DNA of 64,000 nucleotides from Candidatus Methanomethylicaceae archaeon (GTDB lineage Archaea; Thermoproteota; Methanomethylicia; Methanomethylicales; Methanomethylicaceae): NCBI GenBank assembly GCA_015660995.1, contig JACTUC010000002.1, positions 43,480 to 107,479 of the forward strand, read 5' to 3'. Shown piece by piece: positions 39,650 to 46,601 of this stretch (position 1 is its first letter; each line of letters starts with the position of its first letter). The notes under the pieces were generated by a model. It saw only the letters and a program-made list of their open reading frames with translations, ran no database searches and was not told where the DNA came from. The position numbers and the translations under genes were made by a program.

Positions 39650-40318
39650 TTAGCATTTTTTATGCTTAAGAGAATTCAACTTTGTCAGTAGCTCTCGGGC
39701 GTCCAGCTTCTTCTGGTCAACGTGGCAATCCCTGAAAGCGCTCAAAATCAAAGCTCCCCTGCCCTTGTCGAGTCCCCTATTCATTGCAGCCTGCACTATC
39801 CTCATGGAGTTGCGTAGCTGAAAAGGAGTATCTTTTGCCGCTATGATGATCGTCCTGGCCTCGCCCTGCGTAATCTTCCTCCCGTCAAGAAGCGCCTCCA
39901 GGGTCGCCCTGATGTTGACCAGGGGCTCCGACAATGCCTCAAACGTCTTAGGGTGGAATACTAATGCAACCTCATCGTCAGAATTAATCTTCCCCTCCTT
40001 GTACCAACTGTAAATCTTGCCTACCCCAATCATGCCATAAGCGTCCAGCTCTGCTGCCCTAAGGGCGCCCATACTAGACCCGCCCAAAACCTTCATCCCT
40101 TGGTCCAAGGCAAGGAGAATCTCCCTTGGGGCTACAGCCGGTCTCTGGTAGAATACGCCATCGATAAGACCTATGGCATCAAATCCCATTCCTACCACAG
40201 CCACAATATCGCCCCTACCCGCGGGTGGCCTGTAATCTGCCGTAGGCAGTATCGCTTTAGCTTCCTCCCAGGGAAGGCTAGGACCGAGGAACACGACGCT
40301 CTTCATAAGCAAGACCAA
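39650..40318 (-). CDS. tfuA: TfuA (thioamidation partner of YcaO)
   Basis: VFLGPSL, RPPA-x-RGD, IDG-x-F, GGSSMGALRAAEL, SDDEVA. Confidence 0.93.
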   Translation of the reverse strand: MVLLMKSVVFLGPSLPWEEAKAILPTADYRPPAGRGDIVAVVGMGFDAIGLIDGVFYQRPAVAPREILLALDQGMKVLGGSSMGALRAAELDAYGMIGVGKIYSWYKEGKINSDDEVALVFHPKTFEALSEPLVNIRATLEALLDGRKITQGEARTIIIAAKDTPFQLRNSMRIVQAAMNRGLDKGRGALILSAFRDCHVDQKKLDARELLTKLNSLKHKKC

Positions 40319-40321
40319 ACT

Positions 40322-41554
40322 TCACTGGCCCTTTCTTAGGATCCCGGCGATTGCAGTTCTTAAGCGGTTCCCTGTCCTCTCTTTGTCAAGCGCATACACT
40401 GCCAAACCTGGTACTAAGACTCTGACAGCAGGGATCCCGACATTCTCGCGCGTCAAATCTACCACTATCACCTCTCTGAGGCCCGCGCCGCCCAAGCGCT
40501 TGACCGTGTATTCTATGTCCACAAGGAAGTCGTTGCTCGCGCGCGATTCCAGATCCGCCAGCCTCACCCTCTCTTCCGAGGGGGCGAACCACCTACGGTT
40601 GATCCTCTTGAGTCTGTCGTAACCTATCCTCCTTGCATATTCCGCCTTGAACGTGTCCTCCCTCGTCCCGTGAATTGTTGTGAGCCTACTCTGGGCTGCC
40701 TCCGTCAGCGCCCTGAGTGCTGCGATCTCGGGCACTAGGTGTGTCCCAACCCCCAGGGAGAGCAGGGCAGGGTCCTTGGTCACTTCGTCATCCATCGCAG
40801 CCGCAAAAGTTGGGATTCCCACGTCTGAGGTTATGTCCTTGATGTAAGCCTTCACTGATGCTGCCTCGAGCCTGGAAAGTATCTCTCTCACTGGTTGGTA
40901 GCCACAGTCGGACGCGCTCACCTCCAGATCCCTGCACCTTGATGCATCGACCTCGAAGAGCGACCAAGCGTCTCTCTCTATGAGTTCCATGAGCGCGTGG
41001 AAGACCGCCTCCTCCATCACGTTGCCCGCGGCAAGACCATTCGTATTCGTGCGGAAGAGCTGGTTCGTCCTATGATACGGGTGGAAGACCGCCTCAGCTG
41101 GGACCAGTACATCGGTCCTCCTTGCAATTGAAAAACCCGCTACCCACTCAAGCTCTTCGCTATAAGAGTAGTTCCGCGCGCCAGGCAGTATGAGCGTTGT
41201 CGGATCCAGTACGCCATGGCTAGTCTTCTCGAGCTCAGCGTAGCTTCCTGTCACTATCCTATAGCTTCCCTTCTCAGCGGAGTACCTCTCTATACCCTCC
41301 ATGATCGCGGAGACCTCTGCCTCCTGGGCAGTGAATCCCTTTCCATTGTAGACTGTGATGGCTCCCTCCTCGGCCTTGGGCCTCATGGAGGTGAAGACGG
41401 GTATTCCTAACCTGTCGAGACCTGTTATATCCGCCACCCTTGTTATTCCCGCAGCGCTCTCTGCCTTCCTAGCGGATTTGAGGGTCTCCCCAGGGGGTTT
41501 CGATCTGTGTGTGTCCAGGACATATTCCTTTAGGGCGTGATTGAGAATCAACAT
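40322..41554 (-). CDS. ycaO: YcaO thioamide synthetase (methanogenesis marker 1)
   Basis: GITR-x-x-DITGLD-x-LGIP, NGKG, MEGIER, TNGLAAGN, ELIERDA, EAAQSR. Confidence 0.93.
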   Translation of the reverse strand: MLILNHALKEYVLDTHRSKPPGETLKSARKAESAAGITRVADITGLDRLGIPVFTSMRPKAEEGAITVYNGKGFTAQEAEVSAIMEGIERYSAEKGSYRIVTGSYAELEKTSHGVLDPTTLILPGARNYSYSEELEWVAGFSIARRTDVLVPAEAVFHPYHRTNQLFRTNTNGLAAGNVMEEAVFHALMELIERDAWSLFEVDASRCRDLEVSASDCGYQPVREILSRLEAASVKAYIKDITSDVGIPTFAAAMDDEVTKDPALLSLGVGTHLVPEIAALRALTEAAQSRLTTIHGTREDTFKAEYARRIGYDRLKRINRRWFAPSEERVRLADLESRASNDFLVDIEYTVKRLGGAGLREVIVVDLTRENVGIPAVRVLVPGLAVYALDKERTGNRLRTAIAGILRKGQ

Positions 41555-41576
41555 CTAGCGTCCTTCCGATGCCCCG

Positions 41577-42815
41577 CTACCTCATCTCTTCCAAGTCCTT
41601 CATTCCAGAGACCATGACCGCAGCCCCCACCCCCCCAATGAGGTTCGGCCTGGGCGGAACTATCATGTCCACGCTAAGGATCTCAGACATCCCCTTCACT
41701 AGCCCCTTCACCAAGGCTGTGGAGCCAACCTCTATTATTGGATACCTTATATCGATCTCCTGGAGCTGCTGCTCGAATACCTGCTCAGCCACGCTGTGGC
41801 ACGCTGCGGCTGCCACGTCCTCCTTTGAGCCTCCACTAGCTAGGCCAGCGACAAGGTCCTGAAGCCCGAAGACGATACAGTAGGCGTTCATGGGCACAGC
41901 CTTCCAGTCCCCCTTAGCTCCCATCTCGCCGAACTCGTCTAAGCTGACTCCGAGCCTCTTTGCGCAGGTCTCGATGAACCTGCCTGATGCACCCGCGCAG
42001 ACGCCGCCCACGGTGAAGCTGTCGGGGATGCTGTCGTAGAGCGTCACAGCCTTGTTGTCCATTCCGCCAATATCTATCACGGTGGCGTCCCCTTTCTGCT
42101 TGCCTGCAAGAAAGAGCGCCCCCTTCGAGCAGGTCGATACCTCTTCCATTGCCAAGGGCGATTTGTACCTCTCCTTCAGTATCATCCTTCCATATCCTGT
42201 AACGCCGATGGCCTCTATCTGGCTCTCGCTGATGCCAGCTTCCTTGAGCGCCTGGCCCAGCACCTCATCGCCAGACTCTATTATCCCCGTACTTGGCGCC
42301 CACCCCGATCCTATTATCTCGTTATCCTTCATGATCACGGCTTTGGTTGTCGTCGAACCGGAGTCAATACCAGCAGTAATCCCCTCCTGTTTTGTCCTCG
42401 AAAAGAGAGGCTTCTTTGATATGATATTGACGAGGGCTTCCATCCTGAGAAGCAGTGCGCCCGCCTTGGTTCTCTCGGTGAACGAGTAAGTGACAACTGG
42501 GATCCTCGTACTGCTCTGGATGTACCGCCTGATCACGCTCCTGACCAAGGCACCCTCTGCGCACCTGAAGCATGTAGTGATGAATATTCCGTCGGCGTCG
42601 ACCTTACCCTCGACGATGGCCTTTGCCCTCGCCATCATCACCCTGAGGCCTGGACTGGCGACGTGGAAGCCGATGTCATCCTCAACTACCTTGATGTCAG
42701 CAGCATCAATCTCGGGAACGAAGATCTTCCCCCCAACCATTTGGGCAGCCTTCTCTATCTCCATCTGGATGCCGCTGTACTCTGTACCACAGGAGATCTC
42801 CGCTATTCTGACCAC
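41577..42815 (-). CDS. mmp15: Methanogenesis marker protein 15 (ASKHA/BadF-type ATPase)
   Basis: SCG-x-EYSG, TCFRCAE, IDSGSTTTK, IDIGGMDNK, CAGASGRF, YC-x-VFG. Confidence 0.88.
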   Translation of the reverse strand: MVRIAEISCGTEYSGIQMEIEKAAQMVGGKIFVPEIDAADIKVVEDDIGFHVASPGLRVMMARAKAIVEGKVDADGIFITTCFRCAEGALVRSVIRRYIQSSTRIPVVTYSFTERTKAGALLLRMEALVNIISKKPLFSRTKQEGITAGIDSGSTTTKAVIMKDNEIIGSGWAPSTGIIESGDEVLGQALKEAGISESQIEAIGVTGYGRMILKERYKSPLAMEEVSTCSKGALFLAGKQKGDATVIDIGGMDNKAVTLYDSIPDSFTVGGVCAGASGRFIETCAKRLGVSLDEFGEMGAKGDWKAVPMNAYCIVFGLQDLVAGLASGGSKEDVAAAACHSVAEQVFEQQLQEIDIRYPIIEVGSTALVKGLVKGMSEILSVDMIVPPRPNLIGGVGAAVMVSGMKDLEEMR

Positions 42816-42867
42816 TTGAAGCCCACCCTATCCGCTGATGTCCACTTCCCATCATTCTGTTGGGACT

Positions 42868-43021
42868 CTTTTAATTATCTTCCTACGAATCATTAAATAA
42901 TCTCAGGGACTTATTGCAGGTAATTGCATAAAGGATTGAGCCATGACAGACTTAAAATCGACAAAAACACAATTGGGTAGTCAACTACGCGATAAAGGTC
43001 TTGGGCCATGTGTTTACCCTG
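42868..43021 (+). repeat. Dispersed repeat copy 1 (segments B+C)
   Basis: About 85% identical by hand alignment to 45805..45961; contains TCAACTACGCGATAAAGGTCTT. Confidence 0.9.
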
Positions 43022-43120
43022 CTACCAAGCACACTCTGCAAACTCGCTTTTGCTATGTTCAAAATCATAGAACATGGCAAACGGTATAAGCGGAAAATGG
43101 GCCAGTATTGACCGAGTCCT

Positions 43121-43759
43121 ATGAAGACAATTGAGGCAGTAGTCGTAGTCCTGATAATTGCCCTAGGTGCATCCCTTGCTCTCAATTATTCTCTTTATGC
43201 GAGCAACCAGCAACTGAAGTCAGCTGGACTAATCCCCCAGAGCGTATCCACCACCAACGAGTCCCTGGGCTTGAGCCTCAGCGTAGCATTGAGCGCGACA
43301 TACCTTCAGCCAGGGCAGGGCATCAGCATAACCATCAGCGAGGCAAACACAGTGAATATACTGAACACAGTCAACGTGGGCACAGAGTGGCAGTTCTCGC
43401 CGTTGAGCGACAGCCCTTGTGGCGTTGGCAGTTATCCTATGGGGCTTGCAATTTGTCAGGGGTATTATACAGCCTCAAACATTTCCACCGCTGAAGCCTT
43501 GAATGTTTATGCTTATGGTATGTATGCTTGCCCGATGCTTTATCCACTAATTTACTCCTACACCTTCCAGCCTATGAGCAACATGGCAAGCATAAACCCT
43601 TCAGGTGGCTTCTTTATGCCAATGAACTCTGCATTGGCTGGAAACGGATACTGGGGCATGACGGCAAAAGACTTCCACAGCTTCTCGCCTGGGATTTACA
43701 CGGTGGCAGGCGGTGACGAGTGGGGGCAGTTAGCCTTACTCCACTTTGTAGTCGTCTAG
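43121..43759 (+). CDS. Secreted/membrane-anchored hypothetical protein
   Basis: N-terminal hydrophobic helix, Ser/Thr/Asn-rich beta-type body, three Cys. Confidence 0.7.
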   Translation: MKTIEAVVVVLIIALGASLALNYSLYASNQQLKSAGLIPQSVSTTNESLGLSLSVALSATYLQPGQGISITISEANTVNILNTVNVGTEWQFSPLSDSPCGVGSYPMGLAICQGYYTASNISTAEALNVYAYGMYACPMLYPLIYSYTFQPMSNMASINPSGGFFMPMNSALAGNGYWGMTAKDFHSFSPGIYTVAGGDEWGQLALLHFVVV

Positions 43760-43772
43760 CGAGCCCTCGGGG

Positions 43773-44006
43773 CTAGTCTCCCATAACTATCATAGTCATG
43801 GTCGAACTTACTTTATCGAGCTGCCGGATCTTTTTTGTTATCATCTCTCGAAGCTTATCAAGCGTGCCTGATTCTACCATGACGACTATATCATAGACTC
43901 CATAGACCACATAAGAAGCTTTGACTTCGGGGATCTTCTTTATGTTGTCGAGAACTTCCTTCTCTGCGCCGGTCTCGACATTGAACAACACAAAAGCCAG
44001 AGGCAT
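43773..44006 (-). CDS. Lrp/AsnC ligand-binding (RAM) domain-only protein
   Basis: AFVL-x-x-VE-x-G...V-x-G-x-YDIV...I-x-x-L-x-x-V-x-ST-x-T. Confidence 0.88.
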   Translation of the reverse strand: MPLAFVLFNVETGAEKEVLDNIKKIPEVKASYVVYGVYDIVVMVESGTLDKLREMITKKIRQLDKVSSTMTMIVMGD

Positions 44007-44088
44007 AATACCGCCCTATAGGTTATTGCGAATTTTAACGTACAACCTCTGTCGAAGGGCTTTCAAATGGCTCTTGGTAAGGCGAGTA

Positions 44089-44304
44089 TCATACTCCAAG
44101 GAGCACCAACAGCCCGATGACCAGACCATAAATGGCCAATGCTTCACAAAGTGTCGCCACTAGAAAGCCTTTAAAAAATTGTTCTGGTTTCTCGACTAAA
44201 GCAGATATGCATGCTGCCCCTACCTTTGCCAATGCATATGAAGCTCCAACAATTGCCAATCCCACAGATAGCCCCAAAGTAGCTAGAACTATATCTGCAA
44301 CCAT
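44089..44304 (-). CDS. Orphan A/V-type ATP synthase proteolipid (c/K subunit)-like protein, single hairpin
   Basis: Two TM helices with small-residue pattern, loop E-K-PE, conserved carboxylate in CEALAIYGLVI. Confidence 0.85.
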   Translation of the reverse strand: MVADIVLATLGLSVGLAIVGASYALAKVGAACISALVEKPEQFFKGFLVATLCEALAIYGLVIGLLVLLGV

Positions 44305-44308
44305 ACTT

Positions 44309-44449
44309 TCATCCCCCCTTTTCCACTTCAGTCTTCTTCTTCAACCTCAATGCAAAGGCATATCCAACAACGCAAGTTACTAAGACAATACTAATCTGAA
44401 ACAAAAAAATCTCTGTGAGCACAATCCCGAGTGTTGCCAATTCATCCAC
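44309..44449 (-). CDS. Putative 46-aa single-TM peptide (not in ORF track)
   Basis: GTG start overlapping the stop of 44442..44684; (M)DELATLGIVLTEIFLFQISIVLVTCVVGYAFALRLKKKTEVEKGG; stop 4 nt before the c-subunit ATG. Confidence 0.55.
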   Translation of the reverse strand: MDELATLGIVLTEIFLFQISIVLVTCVVGYAFALRLKKKTEVEKGG

Positions 44450-44684
44450 CTTTCACACCTCCCCTTAGGCTAGGTATTGCTTCGTCTTTTTTTCGGACTG
44501 GACTTCGTCCTATCCTATCCTTTGTTTGTGATCCACCTTCTCTGAAAAGGGAAGCATAGCATATCGAAATGCAGTTCCTCACGACCTCGGCATTGTTCTT
44601 TAAACCGAGGTACTGCTTCAATTCTAGAAATTTGTCCACTATCTCGCCCTCAAGTTCCACTCTAATTGTGGTGTTTAAGGACAA
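44442..44684 (-). CDS. Ribbon-helix-helix (CopG-like) protein
   Basis: IRVELEGEIVDKFLELKQYLGLKNNAEVVRNCI; paralog of 44826..45017. Confidence 0.7.
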   Translation of the reverse strand: MSLNTTIRVELEGEIVDKFLELKQYLGLKNNAEVVRNCISICYASLFREGGSQTKDRIGRSPVRKKDEAIPSLRGGVKGG

Positions 44685-44696
44685 CTTAGCCCACTT

Positions 44697-44801
44697 CGTG
44701 CTAAAATAGCACGTAACCTGTATAAAAGACTTGTCCTAAAGAAGGACAAAATATGCTAAAAATGGAAATATTTATAACATTGTTATGCAGAAACATTTCT
44801 G
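44697..44801. promoter_or_regulatory. Four closely packed palindromes in the divergent RHH promoter
   Basis: CGTGCTA-aaa-TAGCACG (44697-44713), TTGTCCT-aaaga-AGGACAA (44731-44749), ATAACA-t-TGTTAT (44774-44786), CAGAAA-ca-TTTCTG (44788-44801). Confidence 0.6.
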
Positions 44802-44825
44802 TTAAAAGTCTGTGTGAGGTTTGTA

Positions 44826-45017
44826 ATGTTGGCAAATACAAAGACTCCGAGGATAAGCATAAGACTTGAACTCGATGGGGATATGGCCCAGAAATTCGAG
44901 GAACTTAAAGACGAATGGGGCATGATAAACAATACTGAGATTGTCCGTAGAATGATCAAAGAGACTCACGACAATTACATAGTAAATGGGTCAGCAAAGA
45001 ACAACAAATTACATTAA
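44826..45017 (+). CDS. Ribbon-helix-helix (CopG-like) protein
   Basis: IRLELDGDMAQKFEELKDEWGMINNTEIVRRMI; start moved to ATG 44826. Confidence 0.7.
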   Translation: MLANTKTPRISIRLELDGDMAQKFEELKDEWGMINNTEIVRRMIKETHDNYIVNGSAKNNKLH

Positions 45018-45019
45018 AA

Positions 45020-45456
45020 TTGTGAGAGAGACCACCAATGGTAAAAATATCAATGCGCACAACAGCATTATTTTTAAGCATTTCCGCCATCGCATTTGTC
45101 TCACTATTATTGAATCCTATAATGGCAGCTTCAATATCGATGATTGGGCTTATTGTCATAATAGTCTCTTTAGCAGCAGATGAATCTAATTCTAAAACTG
45201 TTTGAGATCCTCATTCCCTTAATTCAACTTTGATTTTTTCAACGGACATGATTTGCTAGTCAACTATGCGTTAAAGGTTATTATCGTATAGTAGCTTTGG
45301 AATTAGGATTTAATTTACAGCAGAGCAATAGATGATTCTGGGCAAGGGGAATCTGCTATAGCTGACATTTTTGGCACAGCTACAGGATTTCTGGTCATCA
45401 TCATATTGATAGTTGCATTATATTCCAAACGAATACTCGAAAAACGAAGGAAGTAA
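45020..45456. pseudogene. Decayed gene fragments, including a start-less C-terminal TM anchor (...IADIFGTATGFLVIIILIVALYSKRILEKRRK*)
   Basis: In-frame stop at 45304 precedes the + strand fragment; the minus-strand fragment is also stop-truncated; AT-rich. Confidence 0.45.
45257..45292. repeat. Dispersed repeat copy 2 (degenerate C core followed by an inverted partial core)
   Basis: TAGTCAACTATGCGTTAAAGGTT then TTATCGTATAGT (reverse complement of ACTATACGATAA). Confidence 0.7.
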
Positions 45457-45534
45457 CGAATAATAGCTGAACGCTATAAAACATCAGGGTTGCGTAGAAT
45501 AGACTTAATAATTATTTCCGCATCAACTTTGATT

Positions 45535-45708
45535 ATGCCCGCAGTTTTCAGGATGAAGGTTGGGAAGGATGGCCACTCCCTTAAGGTCACGATCCCGCAG
45601 GAAATCGCTGAAGCCCTCGAGCTGGCAGCAGGCGACGCAGTATTAATGGAGGTCACGGACCACAAGCTAGTCGTCAGAAAGTCACCGACGAGCATGTCTC
45701 TGGCCTAG
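45535..45708 (+). CDS. AbrB/MazE/SpoVT-family DNA-binding protein
   Basis: KVGKDGHSLKVTIPQEIAEALELAAGDAV; no toxin gene follows. Confidence 0.85.
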   Translation: MPAVFRMKVGKDGHSLKVTIPQEIAEALELAAGDAVLMEVTDHKLVVRKSPTSMSLA

Positions 45709-45752
45709 CTCACAAAAGGGGACAGCTTGTTCCCTCTGTCTAAAACCCTTTC

Positions 45753-45961
45753 TCGTCCTCCTCATGAGGAAGATGGTATAAAATACATAGTATTCTGTCA
45801 GTTCCTTTTAATTGTCTTCCTACGAATCATTTAGAAATTCTCAGGAACTTATTGCCGGTAATTGCATAAAAGATTGAGCCATGACGGAATTAAAATCAAC
45901 AAAAACACAATTGGGCAGTCAACTATACGATAAAGGTCTTTGACGCCATGCCTTTGCCCTG
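45753..45961 (+). repeat. Dispersed repeat copy 3 (complete A+B+C unit)
   Basis: 45753-45811 matches 49956-50014 (52/59); 45805-45961 matches 42868-43021; 45919-45959 matches 49114-49155. Confidence 0.9.
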
Positions 45962-45997
45962 TATTAAGACAGTTCAGACTGGCTGATCTAAAACCTT

Positions 45998-46045
45998 GGA
46001 AGGCAGACTATTGAGACTCTGATCAATGAAGAAGCGTTGAAATTC
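45998..46045 (+). pseudogene. Possible remnant of the C-terminus of an archaeal stand-alone Cas1 (casposase-like)
   Basis: Translates to GRQTIETLINEEALKF, which I recall as the conserved C-terminal motif of archaeal Cas1-solo proteins; stop at 45989; not database-checked. Confidence 0.35.
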
Positions 46046-46184
46046 GTTTCAAGACAACATAAAATCGGCACCGGATTGCCCGGTTTCACCTTCTTTGTTG
46101 TACTCCCAATATTATTATGCGGATCAGAATTTATGTGCTTTAGATAAATACCCCATCGGCTATCATACTATGGATATAATCTAA

Positions 46185-46601
46185 ATGACCAAGAGACTAT
46201 CGGTTGTGGACGTGGACCTGTGCGTGGGATGCCAATCCTGCATGTTTGCCTGTAACAGGAGGTTCGCAGAGGCTGGCTTAGGGCGGTCAGCCATACACAT
46301 CCAGTCGGTGGGTGGCTTCGAGCGAGGCTTTGTGGTAAAGGTCTGTAGGGCCTGCAGAGATCCCCCCTGCGCCAAGGTCTGCCCAACAGGGGCCATATAT
46401 AAAAGGGCAGGGGGCGGTGTCCTCCTCAATTACTATAAATGCAACTCGTGCGGCAATTGTGCAAAAGAGTGCATAATCGGTGGGGTTCAGTGGGACACCT
46501 CCTTGGACAAGCCTACCATCTGCGTCCATTGCGGGTACTGCGTGAAGTACTGCCCCTATGGGGTGATAAGGCTAGAGGAACTTCCGCCAGGTGAGACTTG
46601 A
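46185..46601 (+). CDS. 4Fe-4S dicluster electron-transfer subunit (HycB/DmsB-like)
   Basis: Four Cys groups: CVGCQSCMFAC, CRACRDPPCAKVCP, CNSCGNCAKEC, CVHCGYCVKYCP. Confidence 0.9.
   Translation: MTKRLSVVDVDLCVGCQSCMFACNRRFAEAGLGRSAIHIQSVGGFERGFVVKVCRACRDPPCAKVCPTGAIYKRAGGGVLLNYYKCNSCGNCAKECIIGGVQWDTSLDKPTICVHCGYCVKYCPYGVIRLEELPPGET

Noticed and set aside
42975-43005. GTCAACTAC...TAAAGG...CTTG resembles IS200/IS605 (IscB/TnpB) ends, or an integron attC
   Set aside because: The diagnostic hairpin arms and RYYYAAC/GTTRRRY boxes are missing; no tnpA, tnpB, iscB or intI in the window
46170-46186. TGGATATAATCTAAA resembling half of an archaeal dif site
   Set aside because: Only one arm is present; better explained as AT-rich promoter sequence
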